Source of the DNA: Laetmonice hystrix
Taxonomy: Eukaryota
Assembly: GCA_965235115.1 (NCBI GenBank)
Contig: OZ249436.1
Location: 9,300,001 to 9,364,000 of the forward strand
Reading direction: 5' to 3'
DNA: 64,000 nucleotides
The notes under the pieces were generated by a model that was not told where the DNA came from, searched no databases, and worked only from the letters and a program-made list of their open reading frames with translations. Position numbers and translations under genes: made by a program. Positions 35,746 through 49,300 of the stretch are shown here, piece after piece; position 1 is the stretch's first letter, and each line of letters starts with the position of its first letter.

Positions 35746-36742
35746 ACCTCAATACCATGGTATATGATATAACGAGATAATACTTCCAACAGTATCAGTA
35801 ATCATTCACCTCAATACCATGGTATATGATATAACGAGGTAATACTTCCAACAGTATAAGTAATCATTCACCTCAATACCATGGTATATGATATAACGAG
35901 ATAATACTTCCAACAGTATAAGTAATCATTTCCCTCAATACCATGGTATATGATATAACGAGATAATACTTCCAACAGTATAAGTAACCATTCACCTCAA
36001 TACCATGGTAGGATATAACGAGATAATACTTCCAACAGTATAAGTAATCATTCACCTCAATACCATGGTATATGATATAACGAGATAATACTTCCAACAG
36101 TATAAGTAATCATTCACATCAATACCATGGTATATGATATAAGGAGATAATACTTCCAACAGTATAAGTAATCATTCACCTCAATACCATGGTATATAAT
36201 ATAACGAGATAATACTTCCAACAGTATAAGTAATCATTCACCTCAATACCATGGTATATGATATAACGAGGTAATACTTCCAACAGTATAAGTAATCATT
36301 CACCTCAATACCATGGTATATGATATAACGAGATAATACTTCCAACAGTATAAGTAATCATTCAACTCAATACCATGGTATATGATATAACGAGGTAATA
36401 CTTCCAACAGTATAAGTAATCATTCACCTCAATACCATGGTATATGATATAACGAGGTAATACTTCCAACAGTATAAGTAATCATTCACCTCAATACCAT
36501 GGTATATGATATAACGAGGTAATACTTCCAACAGTATAAGTAATCATTCACCTCAATACCATGGTATATGATATAACGAGATAATCCTTCCAACAGTGTA
36601 AGTAATCATTCACCTCAATACCATGGTATATGATATAACGAGGTAATACTTCCAACAGTATAAGTAATCATTCACCTCAATACCATGGTATATGATATAA
36701 CGAGCTAATACTTCCAACAGTATAAATAATCATTCACCTCAA
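35746..36742. repeat. Minisatellite, 62-bp unit, ~16 copies
   Basis: Unit ACCTCAATACCATGGTATATGATATAACGAGATAATACTTCCAACAGTATAAGTAATCATTC. Confidence 0.98.
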
Positions 36743-36932
36743 CATTGGTCCCCAACTGCTTGTATGAAGTCAGTAGTCAGATCCTGCTGCCATCTAGACG
36801 TTCTTTAGTTAACTGACTGGCCCTCTGGAACTATTTCTGGGCATGTTTCAACACCGCCTTGATGTTTGTAAGAGGCAACATGTGGGGCGAGGGCTTTGGT
36901 AGCGAAGTGGTTGAACGTCTGATGGCAGAATC

Positions 36933-37202
36933 ACCTGTGTGTAACCGGGTACCATACCTGACCTGTGTAACCGGGTACCATACCTGACCTGTGTGTAACC
37001 GGGTACCATACCTGACCTGTGTAACCGGGTACCATACCTGACCTGTGTGTAACCGGGTACCATACCTGACCTGTGTGTAACCGGGTACCATACCTGACCT
37101 GTGTGTAACCGGGTACCATACCTGACCTGTGTGTAACCGGGTACCATACCTGACCTGTGTAACCGGGTACCACACCTGACCTGTGTGTAACCGGGTACCA
37201 TA
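36933..37202. repeat. Minisatellite, 28/26-bp units, ~10 copies
   Basis: Unit ACCTGTGT(GT)AACCGGGTACCATACCTG. Confidence 0.96.
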
Positions 37203-37426
37203 TCTGAATAAGCCATTCCAGCCCTCTGCTCCAGAGACTATTTCAAGTCCATCCCCGACAATGCATGTAAATAATGGGTTCTGCTCTCGTAATTAATACA
37301 CTGGGAGGTCGGGCCTCCACCTAGATTTTTCTTCTTTTTTGATGAAGATGTTATGACTATATTTGAATAATATGTAGTATCTGAATAAAATATAACAAGA
37401 AAGCCGCTCTGCATTATTGGGAGATT

Positions 37427-37620
37427 NNNNNNNNNNNNNNNNNNNNNNNNNNNNNNNNNNNNNNNNNNNNNNNNNNNNNNNNNNNNNNNNNNNNNNNNNN
37501 NNNNNNNNNNNNNNNNNNNNNNNNNNNNNNNNNNNNNNNNNNNNNNNNNNNNNNNNNNNNNNNNNNNNNNNNNNNNNNNNNNNNNNNNNNNNNNNNNNNN
37601 NNNNNNNNNNNNNNNNNNNN
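37427..37620. other. Assembly gap (194 N)
   Basis: Run of n in the sequence. Confidence 1.
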
Positions 37621-38724
37621 GGTTCAATGGTCTTCAATGAAATAAATTTAATTTTGATCAAATCCTTGTTTTAGAGATCAGAACTCGCTAAAGCCTACTC
37701 AATTTCTGGCTTCGTCCTACATTGTCACGCCAGCAAAATGCGCTTTTGGTTTTTTGAAATGTCTGGCTGTTATTTATCAGGAATATCGTTACCAGTAGCA
37801 ATCTATGCAACTTGAGAACCTAAAGTGGCTGTAATTAAACCGTCTTGTTTGACAATTAACAGTTTTTTCGTTAAATGATTCATTAACACTGCCGCTGACA
37901 ATTATGAAAGTCTATGTCGACATCATTTGTATAATTATATGACCTTAATGCTGGACCTATGTTGTAGTGAAGAATTCAGTCATCTGGAATAAGCACAAAT
38001 GAGTTGTCCACCTCGAATACTAGAGTATGGTCGGCCGTCTATAAGGCCAACCCGTATACTGTTGGTGTGCGAGTCCGTACAAGTCCCATACTGTGTTGTA
38101 TATAATAACTAAATAATATATATATAATGTTTTAATTCCTTAAAACAATGTATTGCAAGAGAGTAATTTGAAAAACAAGCACCCTGAAGCAGAATGGTTG
38201 TGGTATGACAGGGTACCCAGCATGTTTGATATAGTAAATCTGATTGTGGTAAACCAATTAAAACAGAAATTGGATCCGGTGGTATAATGGAATCAAAATT
38301 TGATTACTGCTGGAAGCCATTTCTACACACACTTCTCGACAAACACTGCAGAAGATGACATGGCTTTTATTTTTCAGTTAATACTGGTGGAAATTTGACA
38401 GAGGGTCCCCTGATAAGTTTCAATAAGCTATAGGCCTACGGTAAGTTCGTGTCGCAGTAAGAAAATAGGCTATGATCATGTACAGATTTCAACTATATCT
38501 CTTGAGACCAGGAAAAGTGAAATAGGACTCAATATTTTGGTTAGATAGATCTCACGACAAACTGACGAAAAGACGTCTGCAACATTTACTCCTGAAACAG
38601 CTGCTCTAAATTGTATTGACTATAATAGTAGCGTTGATGTTTATTAAGAAGACGATATGAAATAAGGTATGCGCGGCAGCTGCAGACGGATCATGGACAA
38701 ACCACCTTTAAATAAGGAGGAAAC

Positions 38725-38940
38725 AAACAGGCTCTGATACCAAAGATGCACCAAAGAGGCACTTACCAAAGAGGCACCAAAGAGGCACTTACCAAAGAGG
38801 CACCAAAGAGGCTCGGATACCAAGGAGGCACCAAACAGGCTCTGATACCAAAGATGCACCAAAGAGGCTCGGATACCAAAGAGGCACCAAAGAGGTGCTA
38901 GCTGATACCAATGAGGCACCACACAGGCTCTGATACCAAA
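38725..38940. repeat. Degenerate modular repeat built on ACCAAAGAGGC
   Basis: Repeated ACCAAAGAGGC modules with ACTT, TCGGAT or TCTGAT linkers. Confidence 0.85.
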
Positions 38941-40581
38941 TATTTGGATGAAATAGACCAAGAAAACGCTTTCTTTCAGGGTAATCTTACAACAAAATTA
39001 GAGCTGTCTAGACCTGAATTAAGGTTCCACCCTGAGGCCAAGCGCTAAAATCTGAAACTCGTAAAAGCAGGCAATTGCTTTCGAATGCGGATATAGGTTA
39101 TTAATAATTAAGCGCCTTCCCGTCGCATCGCGGTCTTGGCGACATGCGAAGATTACCAGTCCACGCGAACACGCGAGCGAGCGAACATCTATGCAGAGGT
39201 TCTCACTTACGGGGGAAGGGCCAGTGTCGCTCCCTAGCCGCAACACCCTCTCCAGTGTATCCGGATTATAATTTGGGATCGTGGGAAACACTGGCTCGGC
39301 CAGGTCGGTGGGATTCGCCCGGACGGCGCGTCACGGCGGTGAGCGTGGAGCGGTCTGCTGCCGAAACGCAATCACCGAATGGCGCCCTGAGGGGCTGAGC
39401 CGGCCGGCCCGGCACCTGGCGCCCACCCCGCCACCCGTGCCCGGAATCCAAAACACCGCCAAGTTCCAGTCGGTACCGGCGGGAGGGCGGCTCATCCCCA
39501 AAACACATGACCAATTCTGGAAATGTCCAGTCATGGACGCTGTAGAACACCGGCGAGCGATATAGGCCTACCTCAACCTTCCCCTCGACCCCGGGGCCCG
39601 GCTGACTCATACCAAGACGGTCAGGGCATATATAAGACCAATGCAGGGGGTGGGGGTGGGAGGTCAAACTAGTCTTTTATCATTGTTCTTTTTAGATCAC
39701 TTTAGCAGTATGAATACATACACAGATACATTGTATTCGCAAAGGTTCAAGTAAAGAGTGACCGGGAAGGGAGGGGGTCGAGCAGGGCGAATCAAGAGGT
39801 TACAAAACTACGCCTTCTCAGCTCATCCATGTCGTTACACTAGGACAAACAATGGAGCTTTTAGGTGTATGATGGTCGTACAGGATAAGTATCGATTCCT
39901 CACCTCGGCAGAGCAGGCTGGGTGAGCCTATAGTCTAGAGGAGGCGGGCTGGGTTATCTGCTCACCCTGGTGTCACCCCAGTCACGTCTACCTCAGTGAA
40001 CCTTTGAGACGATCTCGGCTGATAGATGGGCGAGAAGTGCCAGCGACAGGATGGGTCTGTCTTAATGACTGACCTCCTTCTAATCATTGAATGTTGAGCT
40101 CCGACTCCGAGGTCAAGGGTAATTGCCATCTGATAAGGGCACAGAGCCGGTGGCCGGCCAATTTGACAGAATGCCAGAACACGCCTCCATTCAGGGCAAG
40201 CTCTGGTACATAAAAGCGGGCTCGGATTTTAAAAACATATTTTTTTCTCTCTTTCTCCATGAGGGCGATCCATTTACGACCTTCATCGAACCATAAACCG
40301 ATATCCCTGGTGTGTGAACAATATGACTAAATATTGATTACAAGTATCCCTATAGGATGGTTCAGATGTAATAGTTGTAGACATTGATTAAAAGGATTAA
40401 GTCCATATTTGCTTGAAGGCAACCCCTAGACAATTGTAATAAAATCTCCTGGGTACCACTGCTGACGCTCCGCCAAATTACCCATACTTTATGGAAACAG
40501 GTTTTCTCCCAGGATGATCCAACCCCCCGTTTGACTACTCCACGATAATCTGTACGACATGTCAGGGGCGGAGACACGTTT

Positions 40582-41236
40582 TTAAGTAGTGGGACGGGTT
40601 CAGCCTTGGTGACAACTGTTCAAGTAGTGGGACGGGTTCAGCCTTGGTGACAACTGTTCAAGTAGTGGGACGGGTTCAGCCTTGGTGACAACTGTTCAAG
40701 TAGTGGGACGGGTTCAGCCTTGGTGACAATTGTTCAAGTAGTGGGACGGGTTCAGCCTTGGTGACAACTGTTCAAGTAGTGGGACGGGTTCAGCCTTGGT
40801 GACAACTGTTCAAGTAGTGGGACGGGTTCAGCCTTGGTGACAACTGTTCAAGTAGTGGGACGGGTTCAACCTTGGTGACAACTGTTCAAGTAGTGGGACG
40901 AGTTCAGCCTTGGTGACAACTGTTCAAGTAGTGGGACGGGTTCAGCCTTGGTGACAACTGTTCAAGTAGTGGGACGGGTTCAGCCTTGGTGACAACTGTT
41001 CAAGTAGTGGGACGGGTTCAGCCTTGGTGACAATTGTTCAAGTAGTGGGACGGGTTCAGCCTTGGTGACAATTGTTCAAGTAGTGGGACGGGTTCAGCCT
41101 TGGTGACAACTGTTCAAGTAGTGGGACGGGTTCAGCCTTGGTGACAACTGTTCAAGTAGTGGGACGGGTTCAGCCTTGGTGACAACAGTTTTACTGTTCA
41201 AGTAGTGGGACGGGTTCAACCTTGGTGACAACTGTT
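40582..41236. repeat. Minisatellite, 38-bp unit, ~17 copies
   Basis: Unit TTCAAGTAGTGGGACGGGTTCAGCCTTGGTGACAACTG. Confidence 0.98.
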
Positions 41237-41854
41237 TCAATTACTTATTCATCCCCGTCCAACCACATTTTAGATGGCATTTATTATTAATAAACTTCCC
41301 CCAAACTGTGCACAAGCGTTCTCTCCCTAATCCGCAATGGATCCGCTAATGACGATGCTTCGTTTATAAACAAACGTACAGTTTATTAATTAGACCTGAG
41401 GAATTAATGGGAAAACGAGGCAAGTGTGTTTCAAAAATATCTATCGAACTAGATGTCTAGTGGAGTAGCAATCCTGCTGTGCACGTATGAATTGTGTAAA
41501 TCGCGACGCTAGACGAGAGCGACGACTTAAATAAATCGTCCTAATTCAAGACGCTATGATTAAATGGCTGTTCAAGCTTCTACTGCCCGCATACCAGCTC
41601 CAGATAAAATTGGCATTGACAAGCTTTGCGTTAATACCATTAACATCTTTTATGCATTGTCATTTGTAATTTATATAATTTCTAGTAAAAGACATACATA
41701 GCAAAGGCATGTACCTTATACGCATGCATGTAGAGATAGCGGATGTCGAACATATTTACTCGAGGACGAGATTCGGATGTCTCAAATATGATTATCTGCC
41801 GGAATCGGAAGAGAAGGACGTTTATGACTTAACATGCTTTCTTTTTTCCATAGC

Positions 41855-42643
41855 TAGTGTGTAAAACAATGTTTGGTTTACCCCGAGTTTTACATGCTTT
41901 AATTTTTCCATAGCCAATGTGTAAAACAACGTTTGGTTTAGCCCGAGTTTTATGTTCACGGTTTACTATGTGTAGTGTGTAAAACAACGTTTGGTTTACC
42001 CCGAGTTTTATGTTCACGGTTTACTATGGGTTATACGTGTAGTGTGTAAAACAACGTTTGGTTTAGCCCGAGTTTTATGTTCACGGTTTACTACGGGTTA
42101 TACGTGTAGTGTGTAAAACAACGTTTGGTTTAACCCGAGTTTTATGTTCACGGTTTACTACGGGTTATACGTGTAGTGTGTAAAACAACGTTTGGTTTAC
42201 CCCGAGTTTTATGTTCACGGTTTACTATGGGTTATACGTGTAGTGTGTAAAACAACGTTTGGTTTAGCCCGAGTTTTATGTTCACGGTTTACTATGGGTT
42301 ATACGTGTAGTGTGTAAAACAACGTTTGGTTTGCCCCGAGTTTTATGTTCACGGTTTACTACGGGTTATACGTGTAGTGTGTAAAACAACGTTTGGTTTG
42401 CCCCGAGTTTTATGTTCACGGTTTACTATGGGTTATACGTGTAGTGTGTAAAACAACGTTTGGTAAAACCCCGAGTTTTATGTTCACGGTTTACTACGGG
42501 TTATACGTGTAGTGTGTAAAACAACGTTTGGTTTAGCCCGAGTTTTATGTTCACGGTTTACTATGGGTTATACGTGTAGTGTGTAAAACAACGTTTGGTT
42601 TAGCCCGAGTTTTATGTTCACGGTTTACTATGGGTTATACGTG
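41855..42643. repeat. Minisatellite, 67-bp unit, 9 full copies plus ~3 degenerate shorter copies on the left
   Basis: Unit GTGTAGTGTGTAAAACAACGTTTGGTTTAGCCCGAGTTTTATGTTCACGGTTTACTATGGGTTATAC; starts at 42037, 42104, ... Confidence 0.97.
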
Positions 42644-44829
42644 CATTTTATTAATCCAATTGCAATATATGTTGAAGTAAATCATAAAACCTGTGAAGGT
42701 GTAGCCAGTGAGGGCCTACTTTCGAGGGTATTCGATATCTGTCAATAGAATATTTTGTAGGCTGAAGATACTCAGTAATCCTATAGTTGAGTATCGACAC
42801 GCCAACCACCTCCTCCTATATAGGAAATATATTCATAGATTGCCTAGAACTGGCAGAGAGTCAGAGCGGAGTGAGCCAGACCAATACGGGGGTAGTTTTA
42901 CCCCCGTCCACAGACAGAGGTAGCCAGGGTATAAACTAATTCAGCGGTTCCACCTAAACAATGTTCTGACACAGTGCTTGACGAGCTGGCCCGACTGGGC
43001 TGGCCAGCAACGACAACTCTGCTTCCAGGAAGTATTAAACATGACCCGAGGACAAATTTATGTGACGGCCATGACAAGTTTTGAAATTGCCTGATTGTTA
43101 TCGGCAGACTCGAACGTGCTCATTCCCGCAGCAGTTTCCAAGGCTCGCAATGAATGGGTCTCTGAGCAACAACCTTCACCCCGGGCTCGGCACAGCCTGA
43201 TGGGCCAACTGATCGCCGCCAAATGTACCTCGACAAAGGAGAGCGCCAAAGTCCACTTCCGATTGCCTCCATTTTGTAACATTACACATGACGCTCAGAT
43301 GGTCAATGCGGGAATCCTCCAAAGTAGCACCTCTAGCACAAAGCCAAGAGAATACCATTAAAAGTTCTTACGTCTGTTTTGCCCGACAGTGAGTTTAAGG
43401 CATTCTCCAGTGGTTTTATACTGTGATATGGAAATGGGTGACACTAACGGGAGGCAGGTTGGGGAGGGGTAAGCTTGGCAGAGTGCAGTCTAAGGTGGTG
43501 TCATTTGACGAGAGATAATGGCTGACGGATAATGGCTATCTATTTTCAAACGTTGACTTGGTATGACCTCAGGCAGGGTGTAGAATTACTCGGGGACTAT
43601 CAGTGAGGGAAAGCTTTGGTGAATGGCAGAAGATGTTTGTAAAAGGTTCACTGCGCTTTAATGACGTCCAGATCGCATCGATTTGGGCTCAGAAGTTCTG
43701 GTGGTTTTAAACGCGTTCTTTTTACCAACACTGAGCAATCTACATGATACATGTCATCGGGGTTCAAAACAAAGCAAGCCCAACTCGGTATAACTATGCG
43801 ACAATTAGCATATTTAGTGGATATTGGGCCATGCCCCCACCCACTTGGGTTGCCAATGATAGTTTCAGGCAACTGCTACCTCAAGAAAAGGCCGTGACCC
43901 CACTCTTTCAAAATTCTGGGTGTCTCTTCTCCTTGTAATGATTATCTAATGAAGGATGGCCCAGTCTATGCCAACCTTCCTCAAGGTTCTGCTTACATGG
44001 TCCGTTATAATATCATTATTGCCATAGTAGGCCTAGATCTACATGGCAGAGTCGCAAGGATACTTTCCAAAGTAAATCTGTATACTCTAGTATACATGTG
44101 CATACCTCAGCATCAGCTGTCGATCTCCACGAGCTGTCAGCACATCACCTGTTCACATCCATTTATCTCCACTACATTTCATTAAATTTTGACTGACGTA
44201 ATCCGTACCTCTGACTTTACAAATACTCGTCGATTTCCCTGATATAAAGCCGATATTGTAGCGCCCCATTTGGCACGCGATCCCCATTGCTATATGATCG
44301 CATCAAACAGATAATCAATGCTGTCACTCGTGAGAGTCGATAGCTGAGGCGATCATTATCTAGATTCTATTAAGGGCGTGACATTGGACACGTATGTAAC
44401 CAATGTAGGGATGAACGGCACAAATTGATTCTGGGCTGTCCTCATGAATTTACAAAACGCCTCACGAAGGATGGTGACGGCTTCAGCTAATTGTATCAGG
44501 CTTAGTTGACGGGATAGAAGGAGGAGTTGCGAACATTGCGAGTTATAGGACCTACTCTATGACTGCAGATTAGATCAAAGTAAACGTACTCTCAATGCTG
44601 GTGATTATAATGTTTCCATGATGTGTAGGCCTTTAGAGAATATCCCTTTTTTTGCAGTATGCTCCCAGTGACAAGGGAGGTTGGATTTCCATGTGTCCCC
44701 TCAGTGTGATTGACATTGCTGTAGTGTGATCAGTAATCATATATCACGGATGATGGCAGACGAAGCCAGGCCGGAGATGTGGCTGATCGGCCAGCTGTGA
44801 CCGTATCATCATCAGTGTAAACTCTGTCA

Positions 44830-44895
44830 TCACCCACAACCCATCTGTCACCACCCACAGCCCACCTGTCACCACCCACAGCCCACCTGTCACCA
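44830..44895. repeat. 21-bp tandem repeat, ~3 copies
   Basis: Unit TCACCACCCACAGCCCACCTG. Confidence 0.85.
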
Positions 44896-44996
44896 TCTAA
44901 TGACAGATGACGGCTGCCTTCACTTCAATTCACGCTTCACTCGACAGAGCTACGATAGCAGACAAATAACGTAAGGGTCTATCGCGATAATCGATT

Positions 44997-45075
44997 AAAC
45001 ACCGACGCTTGGTGTTAAACACCGACGCTTGGTGTTAAACACCGACGCTTGGTGTTAAACACCGACGCTTGGTGT
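44997..45075. repeat. 20-bp tandem repeat, 4 copies, internally palindromic
   Basis: Unit TAAACACCGACGCTTGGTGT. Confidence 0.95.
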
Positions 45076-47569
45076 GCAGACAAGTATTGGATTTGGCAAT
45101 CATAATCGATATCAACACCCCTGGACATTTACGTAAATTCTAGCCGCCAGCCTTTTCACGGTTCTCTTATGAAAGCTAGAGACATTCATCAATCTAATGT
45201 TTTAGTGGAGAGCCCCGGCAACCTTTGCTCATGGCAAACCCAGGTGTCGAAACAAGAGGTCTGGCCTAATTGACCATACTCTTTAAAAGTAAGCATTAAG
45301 TAGTACTTAAGTGGGATTACACTTAAACTGGCTGGGCTCGGTCTCAATCAGCCAAGCCTTGATTGCTGTGCCCTGTGCGGACAACACTCGGTCGGTGATT
45401 GTACTCAGCTTGAACAAATAGCTGCAGTTCGCAGGAAAATGATATATGGTTTAAAGCTCCATCCACAATTTGTCAATATTGCGGGCGGGACAGGTTGTCG
45501 ATGTAATGTACTAGCCACTGGCTGTGTGTATACTTGATGGCGGACAGCGGGTGTAATGTGTTGCTGCCACGTCAGGCGGCTCGAACGTTACCAAGGACAC
45601 CTCACGACATGACTGCTGCCTGTTTGACGATAGTTTGTAATAGAAATCAAGGTTCGACATAACTCGCCCGCAGGCACCACATCAACAGCCTCCAGGGGGT
45701 AGGGGGTGCTCACATTTTGTATATCGGTAGAAACTGAAAGTATAATATATAGTGACAGATTCGGTTCCCCACCAATAGCCCAATGGTGTACGCTATTGCT
45801 AATGGATAAATATTGGTCGTTCGACGTGCAAATCCGATAATCTCATTTATAAAGCTGGTCTCTTGAGATATTCTCCATAAATGTGAAATGGTGTTTATGA
45901 AAGAATCCACAGGGAAAGCGATCGTTTGACAAGTGGCTTAACTAGCGTGGAACAAGCACACTCTATATCACAGACAGGGTTTGAGATGGAATTGCCTTTT
46001 GTTCCATCTATGAAGAGCGACCTGATTATCTGATTATAACTATATTTTTTGGGGTGTAGTAATGAAAACTGATTATTCTTGGTCCTACGATGCAGTTCAC
46101 TCTGGAATGTGTGAAACCTTCCGCCAGGACATCGGGTCAATTCTTTTCATGTTGCTCTCGTGTTAAGATAAACTGTTAAAGAAATTGGTGTTTATGACCA
46201 ACTGGACACGATCTTAGCGGGTACCCGATCTTATGTCGTTAAATTTCACTTGAAAAATAGATAGGTACCATCCTCTACCTTGTTGATGATGGAATTTGTG
46301 ATATATAATGCTCTTATATCTGGTGCTTTAGCACATTAGCTAATGGATCAAAAGAGTTAGTAGCGCTCTCCAAAGGTAGACCCTTCACCTTGTATTGGCA
46401 CTTGTTGACAGTGGTTGGCTGAGAGCCCAGCTTTTCCAACTCGTCCACGTACAGAGCCGCAGCGGCAGTAACCTGACAGCCCCCTCTTTGATGTCTACGA
46501 GGCACTAGTATCATTTGATTTGTTCGAATCAATAACTAATGGACACCCTCGCATACACAGACACACGATACCTGTGTTTGGGCGTTCAGCGGAACCGCGA
46601 TAGCACTACAGGAACCGTAGGATTATCACGAACGACGCATGCCCACATTCGAGTGCATACTAACAATGTCGAAAAAAAGACCAAGCTAGTCGTGGCTCGC
46701 CTTTCGAAATGGATCCATCGTCTTTGACATAATTCTGTCCTTTATGTAGCGTGCCGTCTTTATTGGCATGCATCACATTTCAGCTAAAGGCTCGAGCCAC
46801 CAAGAAGGCTGCAGGGCCGACACCGTATATTTGGTAATCACCAAGCCAAAATGGTGGGCTGTGCTCGGCCTGACGTGACAGAGCATAATTCTTCTTTCTA
46901 TGGGCATGTCTCGGTATCTTCGGCTTGTATAAAAATCAACCAATCATAATGATGTAGAATGACAATGGTTCGGATAGCAGTGATACAATACGTCATAATA
47001 ACACTCGTCGCAGAGTCACCGGAGGCTAACGGTTATGTAGAAAAGACGAAGACGCAGCAATCGAGAATGCGCCACTACCGTCTGCCTGCCAGATGACGTC
47101 ACGGCGGGAGACGCGGACCACGACGAGAACCTGATTGGGACACTGATTGTTGATATGGCTATACGATCCCATATACTGCCCACGGGAGCAGGCAGGAGTG
47201 ATTCCCCTAGTGAAGTATTTGATTGATGCTTGTGCTGGCGCTAATTCTCAACTCGGCGTGCAGCTGAGCCTGTCAGTGTAATGGCCTTTTATACATGGCA
47301 GTGAGCGTCGTTATGGCGAATTGTACCAAACGACATCTTGTTGTTGACTGTGGCGTTCCAGCACTCGGCAAACCCTTACAGTAAAGGGAAGTTAATACTG
47401 GCAGAAGTATACCAAAGGTTGAGTTATCTTCATGATGATATCATGGTGAACGTTTCCACTTTTCCCATATTAAATCTCGATGCTTGTTAAAATCTACCAT
47501 TACTTGGTTTTAAAGAATTAAGCTTTAAAATTTGCTCAGCAGGTAAACAGTATGGTCGCCTTGAATTAA

Positions 47570-48055
47570 AGGGGCATGCTATGGAACACGTTTTGGAGGA
47601 TTTCCGGCAATTATCCAACATGACCATGTATCCAAGTAAATAATCCTACCACAGCATTTTGTCCTCCGACGTGTTTTTGCTGCGTATGCAGCACAAGTAG
47701 GTTCTATACGACCAAACGCATAGCCAAACGCATAGACAACCTCCCATCAACCCGTGTAATCGCGTACTGCGACACATCCTGTGTGTGCACTCTCTGCATG
47801 TGCTTAGTCACGTGCTTCGCTTAGTTGTAAACAATTCAGCAGTTGCACTCGATCATCCGGCATCAGAATGCCACCCAAAAATATTTTACGAAATCGGCAG
47901 AGAAGCGGGCAAGGGAGCTTCATAAACTTCGATTTCTCACGCAAAATGAAACTGATAAGTCTGTCTTTGTTTACCAAGCAATTTTAATGAAGGATCTCTT
48001 TATGAAAAGTTCTTTGAAATACCGATTTTTTCACGTTTCCTCATAATATGCCCCT
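47570..48055. mobile_element. Kolobok-type non-autonomous DNA transposon, 486 bp
   Basis: TTAA at 47566-47569 and 48056-48059. Termini AGGGGCATgcTATG ... CATAatATGCCCCT (12/14 TIR). AG...CT ends with TTAA TSD fit Kolobok rather than piggyBac (CCY ends). Confidence 0.75.
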
Positions 48056-48702
48056 TTAAGATTACAAAAAGAAACAAAGAAGCAAGAAATGGAGAGAAAA
48101 AAGCGAGAAAATAAGAGATGTTCAATTGTCTATTGGTCGGCTCCACGATCTGATTTGGGACATCGATGTGCGTGCTGGAATAGCGTGCCAAACGGTGGTA
48201 GGCACTGCGCCTCAGGTTTCCTTTCTAACACAAATGCAGTTTGCGAAAAATACAGCAGCGTGCGGCTCATCTTGCTGATAAACGGTCTGAGTATTTCTGT
48301 TTGATTGCAGATACAAACGGCCCAGCCGCCAAACGGTCTTCTATTGGTTGGTTCATGTTGTAATAATGATCCTGGATATCTTCAGTCAAATTCATAGAAT
48401 ATAGTGACGCATCGGGAGCAGGGTTTTGTGGTTGAGTGTGTATGAATCTAAATGACTAAGTATTACCTACAGCAGAAAGTCCATTAGACGATGGGCATCA
48501 AGTATATTGTTATATTCTGAAAAACATACTATGTACATACCGTCTAAACATCCCAGTATTTTCTAAATTAGACAGGCATGACAGGTCAGGTATTTATTTC
48601 CGGAGCGTCCCTTTGCTAAGTTATTGGCAGTTGACTGTAACCGGGGGGAAATGAAGAGGAAGAGGAGCAGCAGCAGCAGGAGAAGAAGAAGAAGAAGACG
48701 AC

Positions 48703-49300
48703 GAATTCTCTATGTGAACAGACTTTGGTGTGTTATAACCAGGAAGGATTCGTTTTATTCTCTGTGTGAACAGACTTTGGTGTGTTATAACCAGGAAGGT
48801 TTGGTTTTATTCTCTATGTGAACAGAGTTTGGTGTGTTATAACCAGGAAGGTTTGGTTTTATTCTCTATGTGAACAGACTTTGGTGTGTTATAACCAGGA
48901 AGGTTTGGTTTTATTCTCTATGTGAACAGACTTTGGTGTGTTATAACCAGGAAGGATTCGTTTTATTCTCTGTGTGAACAGACTTTGGTGTGTTATAACC
49001 AGGAAGGTTTGGTTTTATTCTCTATGTGAACAGAGTTTGGTGTGTTATAACCAGGAAGGTTTGGTTTTATTCTCTATGTGAACAGACTTTGGTGTGTTAT
49101 AACCAGGAAGGTTTGGTTTTATTCTCTATGTGAACAGACTTTGGTGTGTTATAACCAGTAAGGTTTGGTTTTATTCTCTCTGTGAACAGACTTTGGTATG
49201 TTATAACCAGGAAGGATTGGTTTTATTCTCTGTGTGAACAGAGTTTGGTGTGTTATAGCCGGGAAAGATTGGCTTCATTCTCTCTGTGAACAGAGCTTGG
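48703..49300. repeat. Minisatellite, 52-bp unit, ~11 copies
   Basis: Unit TATTCTCTATGTGAACAGACTTTGGTGTGTTATAACCAGGAAGGTTTGGTTT. Confidence 0.97.

Noticed and set aside
37238-37674. ORFs containing poly-X
   Set aside because: Artefacts of reading through the N gap.
38170-38280. Plus-frame WLWYDRVPS reminiscent of retroelement RNase H ends
   Set aside because: Short open frame and no other RT/RNase H motifs nearby.
43243-43257. Minus-strand SGLWR as TARP exon 1
   Set aside because: In-frame stop nine codons upstream, no preceding TM1/TDYW, and no following Cys.
47094-47101. Perfect CRE TGACGTCA (also 3223, 6820)
   Set aside because: Three dispersed copies in 64 kb is too close to chance expectation to claim.
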